DNA of 64,000 nucleotides from Candidatus Woesearchaeota archaeon (GCA_014729505.1 WJJS01000009.1:970-64969), one strand, 5' to 3'; shown: positions 52,442 through 61,767, counted from the first letter of the stretch. Notes: generated from the letters alone by a model not told the origin. Numbers and translations: made by a program.

Positions 52442-54660
52442 TGACTAGAACCGTATTTTTCTTGTAACACTGTGCGAATCCTAGACGCGATGGTCTTACC
52501 AACACCAGACACGTTCTGCAATTGTTCTGCTGTTGCTTGCATCACGGCATCAACAGAACCGAAGTGAGACAAGAGTTCTTTAGCAAGAGACGGGCCAACA
52601 CTAGGTAGAGCACTGACGATATATTCCTGCAATTGTGTAATCGTGAGATTGCGCTTTTCAAAATGAAGAGAAAATTCACGACCATTTTCTAACTGTTCGC
52701 GCTTAGCAATCGCCTGCAGTATTTGAGCACTCTCTTTACCATCCTTTGTTTGCAAAAGAGGAATACCATAGCTTACCGCAATAGTTGCAAGCATTCCTTG
52801 AATCGCATGAGGATGCACATTGCGCACAGTATATAAGTCCTGTTCACCCTCAATAATCACCAACGGACGCTCAAACTGTTGCTTGAGATCCTTCAGTTGA
52901 GAGAGCAAGCGGCCGTCAAGGAGTGAATCAACAAAATCAGCCACCTTTTTCATTTCAACACCAACACGGGAAGACAGCACAAAATCAGCACAAGACAATT
53001 GCTCGAGATTCACCTTGACACCGTCATCCAGCAATTGCTTGACCACGGCGCTTCCCTTTTCACGATAATCAGCAAACACGAGAAGAGACTCTTCTGGCTG
53101 CACATACCTCTGCAATGATTCCTCGGGTTTCTTCAACACCAACTGACTATTAATGTTTTTCAACACACGATACATGCGCTGCTCCTTATGATGAGCGCTC
53201 CAACGGTATGCTTCATCTCTCGTACCCTTTGCAAGCAACACATACACTGCACCCTCGCGATGACGAGCAGTACGACCGCTACGCTGAATAGATCGAATAG
53301 CACTAGGGATAGGCTCATAAAAAACAACAAGATCTACTTGAGGAATATCAAGACCCTCCTCAGCAACACTCGTTGCTATCAAGGTATTAAACAAACCATC
53401 ACGAAACTGGTCAAGCACTTCCTTTTGCTGTTTTTGACTCAAACCAGTAGATCCTCTTTTGGCCTGACCAACAAACAAGTGAGGAAGGACAATCTTACCA
53501 GCAATCTCCTGTTCAATTGTTAGAGCAGTAGTACGAAACTGAGTAAAAACAATCACCTTAGCCAAAGGTTTACTCTCAAAAGTCCGGGCCAATAATGATG
53601 ATAATGCTGCAAGCTTTGGATGGGCAACGCCCTTATCAATGAGTACCTGAATTCTCGCACGAGCATTACGAAAATGAGAATCCGCAACAAGATTTTTTAC
53701 AGCCTTGGTTTTTGCACTTGGTGCTTGTGAAACAAGACCCTCAACATACTCGTGCAAGGGACGAATACCCTGTGATTCAAGCAACTCCAGCGCGTGATAT
53801 GTTTTGAGCACTTCAGCAAGCAAAGAAACGGATTTTAATGTCTCAAAATTACGAGAACCATTTTTCATCTCCACGATCAACTGGCGCTGCAAAGCCAACA
53901 ATTCCTTCTTTGATTGCACTTTTTTCCCTGATGAATAACCCAAAGATTTCATGTGAGACAATTTTGCATTCATGCATGCTTCCAGATCCTTTTTTATCTC
54001 AAGAAATGAATTGGGAAGAGGAACAGCAATCGTACATACCTCTTTTTTTTGAACATAAGGCTTAACGTCAGGGTCTTCTTCTGTTTTAACCTGTACGGAT
54101 TCAATAGACAGATTATCGCAGACCTCCTGAATCTTTTGCACGTCAGTACCTGGAGACGCAGTCAAAGCAAGAATACGAGGATGCCGCGCCTGCTGCATAT
54201 ACTTTTTTGCAAGAAATACATACGCATATTCGCCAACAGCGTGATGTGCCTCGTCGAGAATAAGCAAACTCACCTTATCAAGAAGAATTTTACCACTCAT
54301 CACATCATTTTCAAAACCCTGAGGAGTAGAAAAAAAGATGGTGGATTTGTTCCAGGAGTCATGTCGCTTTGCAGGAGCAATATTGCCCGTAAAGACCGCA
54401 AACTGTTCTTCATCAAGTGACACATGCTTTACAAAACTATCGTGATGCTGCTCAACAAGAGGTTTGGTAGGAGCAAGAAACACAATCTTAGAATCAGGAT
54501 ACGCCTTGAGACGATGAGCAGCAAGCATCATGGACAATGCAGTCTTACCCAACCCTGTTGGCAGAACAACAAGACTATTGTTCAAGACTGCCTTTGAGAA
54601 CAGTTTTTCCTGATACAGTCGGGGCGTAAAATCCGTCAACATGAGGGGAGCCAAGAGCAT
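52438..54660 (-). CDS. hef: Hef (helicase-associated endonuclease for fork-structured DNA; XPF/FANCM family)
   Basis: SF2 helicase motifs LPTGLGKT, DEAHH, TASPG and QRSGRTAR. A C-terminal ERCC4-like domain (ADFVLSSRVGVEMKKVADF...LDGRLLSQ...LVIIEG) and an HhH2 region (LPSVGPSLAKELL...VSGVGKTIA) follow. Confidence 0.8.
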   Translation of the reverse strand: MLLAPLMLTDFTPRLYQEKLFSKAVLNNSLVVLPTGLGKTALSMMLAAHRLKAYPDSKIVFLAPTKPLVEQHHDSFVKHVSLDEEQFAVFTGNIAPAKRHDSWNKSTIFFSTPQGFENDVMSGKILLDKVSLLILDEAHHAVGEYAYVFLAKKYMQQARHPRILALTASPGTDVQKIQEVCDNLSIESVQVKTEEDPDVKPYVQKKEVCTIAVPLPNSFLEIKKDLEACMNAKLSHMKSLGYSSGKKVQSKKELLALQRQLIVEMKNGSRNFETLKSVSLLAEVLKTYHALELLESQGIRPLHEYVEGLVSQAPSAKTKAVKNLVADSHFRNARARIQVLIDKGVAHPKLAALSSLLARTFESKPLAKVIVFTQFRTTALTIEQEIAGKIVLPHLFVGQAKRGSTGLSQKQQKEVLDQFRDGLFNTLIATSVAEEGLDIPQVDLVVFYEPIPSAIRSIQRSGRTARHREGAVYVLLAKGTRDEAYRWSAHHKEQRMYRVLKNINSQLVLKKPEESLQRYVQPEESLLVFADYREKGSAVVKQLLDDGVKVNLEQLSCADFVLSSRVGVEMKKVADFVDSLLDGRLLSQLKDLKQQFERPLVIIEGEQDLYTVRNVHPHAIQGMLATIAVSYGIPLLQTKDGKESAQILQAIAKREQLENGREFSLHFEKRNLTITQLQEYIVSALPSVGPSLAKELLSHFGSVDAVMQATAEQLQNVSGVGKTIASRIRTVLQEKYGSSH

Positions 54661-54719
54661 AATTGTTAATAATCATAGCGGTTTTAAGAACGATTCGCAA
54701 CCATGTCCAGTGTCTACTG

Positions 54720-55451
54720 CTATGACCAGTCCTTCTCATAAAAAAACCAAAAAATTATTGTCGCAATAAGTCCAAGACCACCTGCAAGAATAAAAGAACT
54801 CGCTCCAGCAAGAGCCATGAGCACAAAAGCAAGCACGGAAACCACAATGAACGTATAGAGCAAACGCGATGCAAAGAAAATCTTGCTACCATCGATTTGA
54901 GGCAAGGGCAAAATATTGTACAGCAAATATAAAGCATTAAAGGTAAGCAATTTCTGGACAACATATCCGGGCCAGACCATGGCAATCCACTGTGCTACTG
55001 CTGCAAGCAAAGAAGTTGCAAACATGCCTGCAATAGCAATACGGGCAACAGCGCCCATATGAACTCCATGCTTTCTACCCAAACGACGCATAGCTGTCGT
55101 CTGCACATCAAAACTCGAGGAAAAAAACAACGGCAAACGACCATTAGTAAGAAGAGTAATAATCGCGGAACCAAGAATACCCGCAGTCCACGTTCTGTGT
55201 GTAATAGTATACCCCCTCCAAATCGCATACAATTTTTTTAAAAACGTATGAAAAAACAACGAGACCGCAACAACTAGAAAGGCCGTCAAAAGATTAGATA
55301 CGCCAATAAGATAATCAAACGACTCAACACCCCAATCAGTAAAAGAGAGACCGAAGGCAAAGACAAAAGCAATACCTATAAGTTCCTCGACCTCGCGCAA
55401 GGAAAAACGACAATACCTCTTTACATTATGCACAAACTGCAACAAACACAC
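54720..55451 (-). CDS. site-2-protease (M50)-like membrane protein lacking the HExxH motif
   Basis: About 7 TM segments. The NxxPxxxxDG-type motif is conserved (LYNILPLPQIDGSKIFF). The position expected for HExxH reads FFHTFLKKLYA (H-T-F-L-K). Confidence 0.5.
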   Translation of the reverse strand: MCLLQFVHNVKRYCRFSLREVEELIGIAFVFAFGLSFTDWGVESFDYLIGVSNLLTAFLVVAVSLFFHTFLKKLYAIWRGYTITHRTWTAGILGSAIITLLTNGRLPLFFSSSFDVQTTAMRRLGRKHGVHMGAVARIAIAGMFATSLLAAVAQWIAMVWPGYVVQKLLTFNALYLLYNILPLPQIDGSKIFFASRLLYTFIVVSVLAFVLMALAGASSFILAGGLGLIATIIFWFFYEKDWS

Positions 55452-55462
55452 CTCTTTACAAC

Positions 55463-56182
55463 TTATGAAGTATGAACGTTTAAATACTTTTTGACGAGAG
55501 CAAGCAAGTCCTCTTCATGACCCGCGCCCACCACCGCAACAATAACATCTTCAGGATTATTGTGCAAGAGATGTGCCAGACGACGAGCCATCACGCGATT
55601 GCGCTTATCAACAAGCACTTCGTACGTATGAGGATAACGCTCCTTTACGCGGGCAAGCAATTTCTTGATAACCTTCTTTTCAGGAACCTTCGACAAATCA
55701 AATTGCAGTAATTCATCACGACGAAAAAAACCAATAAACACGTCAAAAAACATCAGCGCCTTCTCACTTAAAGGCACCTTCTTTGAAAAATCACGAAGCG
55801 TCACCTGAATATCCTGATCAATAAGAGCAATACGCGCACCACTTTTTTTTGCAAGCTTTACTGCAGTAAGCATCTCAGTACCAGGGCTGATACCAAATTT
55901 TGCGCCAAGCTTTTGTTGCACCCATTGTCCAATAATAGAGAAAAGAAACCCCTGCACGCCCACTTGACGAATTATCTCTCTAGCAGGTGCTCGTTGCCTG
56001 TTATCAGAGAGCAACGACGCAAGACGTCCGCGATCAAGCTCAACTGCCACAATAGACGGATGATGAACAGCGATTGCGCGGGTAACCTGATTCACACTTT
56101 GAGTAGCGATGTGCGACGTTCCAACAATAAAAAGATGAGGCATACTATTATGAGAAAACCCACGTCTTAAAAGAGTATCCAT
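55463..56182 (-). CDS. TraB/PrgY-family protein
   Basis: LFIVGTSHIATQSVNQV...PSIVAVELDRGRL N-terminal signature and C-terminal VVGAGHEEDL. Promoter spacing makes the alternative start at 56143 (MPHLFIVGTSH) plausible. Confidence 0.65.
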   Translation of the reverse strand: MDTLLRRGFSHNSMPHLFIVGTSHIATQSVNQVTRAIAVHHPSIVAVELDRGRLASLLSDNRQRAPAREIIRQVGVQGFLFSIIGQWVQQKLGAKFGISPGTEMLTAVKLAKKSGARIALIDQDIQVTLRDFSKKVPLSEKALMFFDVFIGFFRRDELLQFDLSKVPEKKVIKKLLARVKERYPHTYEVLVDKRNRVMARRLAHLLHNNPEDVIVAVVGAGHEEDLLALVKKYLNVHTS

Positions 56183-56223
56183 TGGGACAACTTTTATATA
56201 TTTCTCTCTTACCGCTCTGCAGC

Positions 56224-57759
56224 ATGGAAAGAGGTGACGATAGCAGTGATTCCCACAGACTCTACCCGCTTCCCTTTGGCCCGTACACCATTAGGGGTGC
56301 TCTTGGAAAAGGAGGAGTAGCACGTGTCTTTCTTGCACAACGAGGAAAAGATACCGTAGCTCTCAAATTTCTCCAAGACACTGAAGACAAAGGTTGGCTG
56401 CGACGATTCCAAATAGAAGATTTTGCTCTACGACGCATGTCACAACACCCACACGAGAACGTAATACAATTCTATGACAGCGGACGCGTCAATGGCATGC
56501 CCTATATCGCGATGGAATACGTAGAAGGAGTAACACTGGAAGGATTACTGCGCCGAGGAGTAAGTTATGACGAACTCTACACTGCAGGCGTACAAGTTGC
56601 CCGAGGACTAGGAGCCATCCATGAAGCCAACCTAGTCCATCGTGATATCAAACCATCAAATATCCAAATTGAAAACATGACTAAACGAGCGGTCATCATG
56701 GACTTTGGTTGTGCCATGGCTTTAGATGGCGAACTTTCAGGAGCAACACTGCGAGAAAATCTGGATTCCGTAGGCACTGCACTTTTTATGCCGTATGAAC
56801 ACTTCGCTCAACCAGTAGCATTTGAAAAAGCGCCGCCCATCGATCACCGAGCAGACTTTTATTCCCTTGGTATGACACTGTTATTGGGTATTTGCGGAGA
56901 CAAATCATTACTGGGATTCTCAAACGATGTCATGGTCAATTATCGAGAAAAACAAAAACTACCGCCAATAATACGGCAAGGAGTGCTTGAAAAAGACTAC
57001 GAAGAAGATACACCAGAATGGATGCACATCCTCAGAGAACAACAAGAACTCTTTACAAAACTTTGTCACCCAGACGCAGCAATGCGTTTTCCACACGCGC
57101 GAGCAGTCGAACGCGCATTACGGCACGCTGCACAACGAGTAAATAATCTTCAAGAAATACTCCATCAAACAAGAGGATTCTTGCTCGCACATCCTGAACG
57201 AACATTCGATCCGAACTGGGCGCGCGACCTCGTGCAGAAATTAGATTATGATGCGTGGGCAGCAGCATGTACCATACGATTCGGACCATACGTGTGGTCC
57301 TCAGAAGCAGATTACCAGTCTCTGACATCAGGATCCTGCCTGCAATCCTATGGACGAACAAGTCTTTTGCCAAGAGGATACCGACTAGACAGCGGAGGAA
57401 CCATATCAATAGGAAGATCAGATACCAACATACACCAATATGATACAGTAGGCGTGAGTCGACGACACGCAGAATTAACAGTATCAGCAACAGGATTTAT
57501 CCTGCGAGATCTGGGCAGCCGCAATGGCACGTATGTTAACGATGAACGACTGACACTTGAAGAAAAAAAACGTTTGATAGCAGGCGATCGTGTCAGATTT
57601 GGTTCGGAAAAATGCCGATTTATCGGATGGTCACAAGAACTCTATGATTCCATACGACTGCCGCATGGAGACGAGACAAGATATATTCCCACAAGCGAAT
57701 TTACTCCGGCACTAGGAGGCGACACACCAAAACTAACGAGTTCAGACAGCAGACACTAA
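56224..57759 (+). CDS. Hanks-type Ser/Thr protein kinase fused to a C-terminal FHA domain
   Basis: Kinase motifs LGKGGVARVF, VALKFL, HRDIKPSNI, DFGCA and DFYSLGMTL. After a linker of about 150 aa comes the FHA pattern ISIGRSDTN...VSRRHAELTV...ILRDLGSRNGTYVNDERL. ATG 56224 is 27 nt from the TATA centre. Confidence 0.8.
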   Translation: MERGDDSSDSHRLYPLPFGPYTIRGALGKGGVARVFLAQRGKDTVALKFLQDTEDKGWLRRFQIEDFALRRMSQHPHENVIQFYDSGRVNGMPYIAMEYVEGVTLEGLLRRGVSYDELYTAGVQVARGLGAIHEANLVHRDIKPSNIQIENMTKRAVIMDFGCAMALDGELSGATLRENLDSVGTALFMPYEHFAQPVAFEKAPPIDHRADFYSLGMTLLLGICGDKSLLGFSNDVMVNYREKQKLPPIIRQGVLEKDYEEDTPEWMHILREQQELFTKLCHPDAAMRFPHARAVERALRHAAQRVNNLQEILHQTRGFLLAHPERTFDPNWARDLVQKLDYDAWAAACTIRFGPYVWSSEADYQSLTSGSCLQSYGRTSLLPRGYRLDSGGTISIGRSDTNIHQYDTVGVSRRHAELTVSATGFILRDLGSRNGTYVNDERLTLEEKKRLIAGDRVRFGSEKCRFIGWSQELYDSIRLPHGDETRYIPTSEFTPALGGDTPKLTSSDSRH

Positions 57760-57798
57760 CACCAGACCCCCATAAAGTTTAAATAGTTCTTCGAACTG

Positions 57799-58095
57799 AT
57801 GAAAGTCATGATTCGATTCAAACGCATTTCTGAAACCACGGACATGAAAGTCTTTACTGAATACGGTGACTATTTTGGTGAAGTCGAAGAAGCGCGCGTT
57901 ACTATGCGCAAAGTTGCCGACTGGAAAATACGAGCCACAAAAAACAGCATCCTCGAACGCATCTTTCAATCCGGAGCCGGCGGTGGAGGACGAGGAGTGA
58001 TCGTACGACATGATTTTATCAAAGCAATAGGTGATATCATGATCATCAAAAAAGAAGCAATACCGGCCTATCCTGAAGATCAGGCAAAACAATAA
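57799..58095 (+). CDS. PRC-barrel-like small protein
   Basis: 98 aa. The pattern MKVFTEYGDYFGEVEEARVTMRKVADWKI...VIVRHDFIKAIGDIMII resembles the archaeal PRC-barrel consensus. TATA tttaaata lies about 20-26 nt upstream. Preferred over the antisense ORF 57742-58092. Confidence 0.4.
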   Translation: MKVMIRFKRISETTDMKVFTEYGDYFGEVEEARVTMRKVADWKIRATKNSILERIFQSGAGGGGRGVIVRHDFIKAIGDIMIIKKEAIPAYPEDQAKQ

Positions 58096-58113
58096 CTCTT
58101 GTTCCTATGTACA

Positions 58114-58138
58114 ACTATAGAAATAACACTATAGAAAT
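58114..58138 (+). repeat. tandem 11-nt direct repeat actatagaaat (x2, 14-nt register) just upstream of a TATA box
   Basis: Exact copies at 58114-58124 and 58128-58138, followed by ttatatag at 58141-58148. Confidence 0.6.
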
Positions 58139-58168
58139 TCTTATATAGTTCGGTCCAGTTCTTCGTTC

Positions 58169-58921
58169 TTGCCGGGTAATAACGCCATGGAAGACGAAAA
58201 AATAATAAAAAAGATGGTCGACGATATCGTCGAAAACACAAAGGATGTTTCTGCTGATCACGATATAGAAGGATTCAAACGCTTGCTGCCCTCACTGCTT
58301 GAAAAAGGCATCGACAATATCAACTTGTCCATGTTCGATGAAAAAACAAAGATCGCACTACTTAACACGCTAGGAGACGAATATTTACGAAAAGGACGAC
58401 TCAACGATGCGCTCAAAGCATTTGTTCTTGCAAGCAACCGCAAACGCATCAGTGACATCGGTTACGATTACGAAAAGGTAGGACTGTTCAGTAACGCGAT
58501 AGACTGTTACCGATTAGCAGGTGATAATGCAGCACTGCTCAAGTCAGGTGACAAATGCCTACAAGACGGACGATTAGGAGACGCCATTAAAGCGTATCGA
58601 GTGCTCAATAATATTCAACGACTCTCAGAAGTAGGAGAAGACTGCATAGCCAAATGCAAATGGGATTATGCACTAGAAGTGTTTAGCGCGATTAACGACA
58701 AAGCAAAACTCGCACGACTAGGCGACGTATGTCTTAAAGAACGACAGCTCGGATATGCCGCGAAAGCATTCGAACTCTCCGCAGACAAAGACAGATTGAA
58801 CACTCTAGGAGATACCTGTCTACGGGAAGGACTCGTCACAACCGCGCTCAAAGCGTATACGCTGGCTCAAAACGAGATGATGATCACGTTTATCAGAGAA
58901 AACTTCTCCAACCAATTATGA
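58169..58921 (+). CDS. helical-repeat protein (six tandem repeats of about 29-30 aa, GDxCLxxGxLxxAxKAY type)
   Basis: Repeats are visible from LGDEYLRKGRLNDALKAFVL to GDTCLREGLVTTALKAYTLA. The TTG start at 58169 fits the TATA spacing; the first ATG is at 58187. Confidence 0.5.
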   Translation: MPGNNAMEDEKIIKKMVDDIVENTKDVSADHDIEGFKRLLPSLLEKGIDNINLSMFDEKTKIALLNTLGDEYLRKGRLNDALKAFVLASNRKRISDIGYDYEKVGLFSNAIDCYRLAGDNAALLKSGDKCLQDGRLGDAIKAYRVLNNIQRLSEVGEDCIAKCKWDYALEVFSAINDKAKLARLGDVCLKERQLGYAAKAFELSADKDRLNTLGDTCLREGLVTTALKAYTLAQNEMMITFIRENFSNQL

Positions 58922-59058
58922 GATGTCATTACCACAAAAAAGAGATGATCGCCAATTGCATGTGGTGCGGTAAACAACTCTGTCCCCAATGCATAGCACA
59001 CAAGGCAGGAAAAAAAGTCTACTGTGAAAACTGTGTTGATCGACTCGGAGGAAGCTAA
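58918..59058 (+). CDS. 46-aa B-box-like zinc-ribbon protein (not in ORF track)
   Basis: My translation is MRCHYHKKEMIANCMWCGKQLCPQCIAHKAGKKVYCENCVDRLGGS, with 7 Cys and 3 His in CxxH/CxxC pairs. There is an ATGA overlap with the upstream gene and a TAATG overlap with the downstream gene. Confidence 0.5.
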   Translation: MRCHYHKKEMIANCMWCGKQLCPQCIAHKAGKKVYCENCVDRLGGS

Positions 59059-59408
59059 TGGATCAAGAGCAATTAGACGTACTGACACAACAAAAAATAG
59101 ATCTCATCGTTTCAATGAAAACAAAGAAATTTGATGAAGAGATCAAAAATCTCAAAGACGTCATAGGCAATCTTCAAGCAGACATCATGCAATTACGAAG
59201 AGAAATGGCCCAAAAACCCACACAAACCACGAGCCAAGTCGAAATCAAACCAGTCGTTGAACGACAAGAGAGGAAAGAAGAACCTCGACACACTGAAGAG
59301 AAAAAAGAAACGAAAAAGGAAGAATCACAAGGATCCCACCCACGCCAAGGCAATTACACTTCGGATGACGTATCAATAGAAAAATACTTCAACTTCAGTC
59401 GCAAATAA
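59058..59408 (+). CDS. coiled-coil protein with K/E-rich linker
   Basis: 116 aa. N-terminal heptad-like segment (EEIKNLKDVIGNLQADIMQLRREM), charged linker, and a short conserved-looking C-terminus GNYTSDDVSIEKYFNFS. Confidence 0.45.
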   Translation: MDQEQLDVLTQQKIDLIVSMKTKKFDEEIKNLKDVIGNLQADIMQLRREMAQKPTQTTSQVEIKPVVERQERKEEPRHTEEKKETKKEESQGSHPRQGNYTSDDVSIEKYFNFSRK

Positions 59409-60716
59409 TCACGAACGCAACAATCGTCTAGTCTCTTTCTTGTATTTTTCGACACTCGGTTGATCAAAAGGATTGACATTCAAAAGAGATCCCAAGATCA
59501 TCATCTGCATCTCAAACAATTGCAAAAGAGCACCCAGCGATTCCTCACTCTTGTCAGGCAAACGAATATCAATAAAAGGCCTCTTAGCTTTTTGATACGC
59601 GACTTGAGTACCCTCAACAATAGCCTGCAACACCTGCGCATACGTTTTTCCTTCAATGTCAGCAACAAGGCCCTTTATCACACTATTTTTTGGAACACGA
59701 ACTGAATTGTTCGCACGTTGCACAGTCACAAACGCAGTACATTTATCAAAAGGACCGCCAAGATACAGTTGAGCCATAGAATGCAAATCAGTGGAGCCAA
59801 TACTTACCGTCGGCGTCATACCACAATATACCTTGTTGCCCAAAAGATCATGTTCTTTACCAATACTCTCGCCCATGAGTTGACGATACCATTTACCAAC
59901 GGATTCAAGATCAGCAGAAAACATAAACAAATCATGAATACGCGCTGAACGAGTATAGTGTGCAGCCAGAATCATCGCAGACATCGCCGCAGGATTTCGC
60001 AAAACAGGCAACAAACACCTCGTTCTCATATCCCTTGCGCCCTTAAGAAGCTTTGACACATTACTACCAAGTAAGCCAAGAGGAAACTGTCCAACAGCAC
60101 TAAAGACCGAATACCGGCCGCCAACAAGAGCAGGAATTTCCAAGACATCAAAACCCTCACGAACTGCAAGATTCCACAAAGGAGAACCCTTATCAGTGGT
60201 GAACACCACATATTTTTTGTAATCAGACCGATACTTCTTAAGCAAGGAAAAGAAGACATGAAGATGAGCAATAGTCTCAGTTGTAGAACCAGACTTAGTA
60301 ATGCAATTGATAAGAACCCGTTGTTTTTTTTCAAGAGCAGTGCGCACAAGACAAAGAATATCTGCGGTTTTGTCAGGATCGACAGTGTCCGCGTAATATA
60401 CCTTTGGCGAATACAGTTCATTATGAAACTTCCCGGTCAAGGCTTCTTGCAAAGCCATACTACCCAGATTACTGCCACCAATACCTATAACGACAAGCAC
60501 ATCAACACCGAGACGTTTCTTTTCTGCAACAAGAGACGCAATACGCTGTTGATACTTCTTATCCGAAGGTAGATGAAGGGATGCAAACTCATCGGTATAT
60601 GGCTTCTTTTTCAACGAAGCACGCAGAGGAGCAAGAGCACTAGCGGCGTCACGCTGCATCTGCTTTATCTGTTTTGACGAGATGCGAGCAATTTTTTTGT
60701 ACTGGAATGCAATCAT
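59409..60716 (-). CDS. pgi: glucose-6-phosphate isomerase (SIS/PGI family, short type)
   Basis: VVIGIGGSNLG, ITKSGSTTET, GGRYSVFSAVG and the downstream PGI C-domain. There is an ATGA overlap with glk. Confidence 0.8.
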   Translation of the reverse strand: MIAFQYKKIARISSKQIKQMQRDAASALAPLRASLKKKPYTDEFASLHLPSDKKYQQRIASLVAEKKRLGVDVLVVIGIGGSNLGSMALQEALTGKFHNELYSPKVYYADTVDPDKTADILCLVRTALEKKQRVLINCITKSGSTTETIAHLHVFFSLLKKYRSDYKKYVVFTTDKGSPLWNLAVREGFDVLEIPALVGGRYSVFSAVGQFPLGLLGSNVSKLLKGARDMRTRCLLPVLRNPAAMSAMILAAHYTRSARIHDLFMFSADLESVGKWYRQLMGESIGKEHDLLGNKVYCGMTPTVSIGSTDLHSMAQLYLGGPFDKCTAFVTVQRANNSVRVPKNSVIKGLVADIEGKTYAQVLQAIVEGTQVAYQKAKRPFIDIRLPDKSEESLGALLQLFEMQMMILGSLLNVNPFDQPSVEKYKKETRRLLRS

Positions 60717-61696
60717 GACATCACCCGAGCAGCAAGTGCTGCACCATACAAACTCACACTATAATTCTTAATAAGATATACCGGAATTTTTTCAAGTTCA
60801 CCACGCAATTCTTTTCTCACCGCACAAAATTCGTTGAGCCATTTCTTTTTGATAAACAAATAAGTATTCTTTGCAGCAATGCCTCCCGCAATATACGCGC
60901 CTCCAAAAGGAAGAGTATCAAGACAAAAATTCTTAAGAACGCGTGCATAAAAACACGCAAATACATCCATTGCTTGACGAGCTGCCCTATTCTTGCTATA
61001 CGCATGAGCAACCAAAGGCGCAGGATCCTTCGCACGCGCAATATCCTCATAGCATGAACCACGAAAAAAATCAAAAAGACGTGCAATACCTTTTCCAGAA
61101 AGAACCATTTCCTGTTCGACGCGTACACCAAGAAATGAACTTAACTCCTGCTCAGCAGAAGTAAACGGCAAATCGCCATGCCCACCCTCAGAAGGCAGTG
61201 GCACATACATCTGTACTTCTTTATCGTATACTACAATAGATTTACCAAGACCTGTTCCCGCTCCCACAATAGCTTTAGGAGCATGTCTTTGCCTCACACC
61301 CTTTTGAAGAGTTACTATGTCTTTTTTTGGCAAAAGATCAACACCAAAACCAATGGCTTGAAAGTCATTAATGAGAGTGCATGACTGCAAACCAGTCTTT
61401 TTTGCAAGACTAGAGCCATTAACAACCCAGGGAAGATTAGTTACCTTTACGCGATTATTATGAATCGGTCCTGCAATAGCAAGACAGGCACGATGAACCT
61501 TTTTGCTAGTACTAGAAAGCATCTCCTTGATCGGGTGTTCAAGTGACGACAGATTTTGAGATGAAAAACGCTGCACACGAAGCAAAGAAACCTTTTTGTT
61601 TTGAACAGCAGCGATAGCTAAAGTCGTATTCGTCCCACCAATATCTCCTGCAAGAACTATGTGTGCCGCATCTTTTGACAATAACCTCTTTTTCAT
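60713..61696 (-). CDS. glk: glucokinase (bacterial Glk family)
   Basis: LAGDIGGTNTTLAI N-terminal ATP motif, VGAGTGLG, and EGGHGDLPF. Confidence 0.75.
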   Translation of the reverse strand: MKKRLLSKDAAHIVLAGDIGGTNTTLAIAAVQNKKVSLLRVQRFSSQNLSSLEHPIKEMLSSTSKKVHRACLAIAGPIHNNRVKVTNLPWVVNGSSLAKKTGLQSCTLINDFQAIGFGVDLLPKKDIVTLQKGVRQRHAPKAIVGAGTGLGKSIVVYDKEVQMYVPLPSEGGHGDLPFTSAEQELSSFLGVRVEQEMVLSGKGIARLFDFFRGSCYEDIARAKDPAPLVAHAYSKNRAARQAMDVFACFYARVLKNFCLDTLPFGGAYIAGGIAAKNTYLFIKKKWLNEFCAVRKELRGELEKIPVYLIKNYSVSLYGAALAARVMS

Positions 61697-61767
61697 AAAC
61701 TGTCACAAACTGTACGAACTTTTAAATTTTTAGGAGGTTTTATATCATACTACGCCTTTCTGCTCTC

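Noticed and set aside
57742-58092. 116-aa minus-strand ORF overlapping the PRC-barrel-like gene.
   Set aside because: It has no upstream promoter, since it would start inside the next gene's spacer, and no motif. The plus-strand ORF has a tttaaata box upstream and a PRC-barrel-like pattern.
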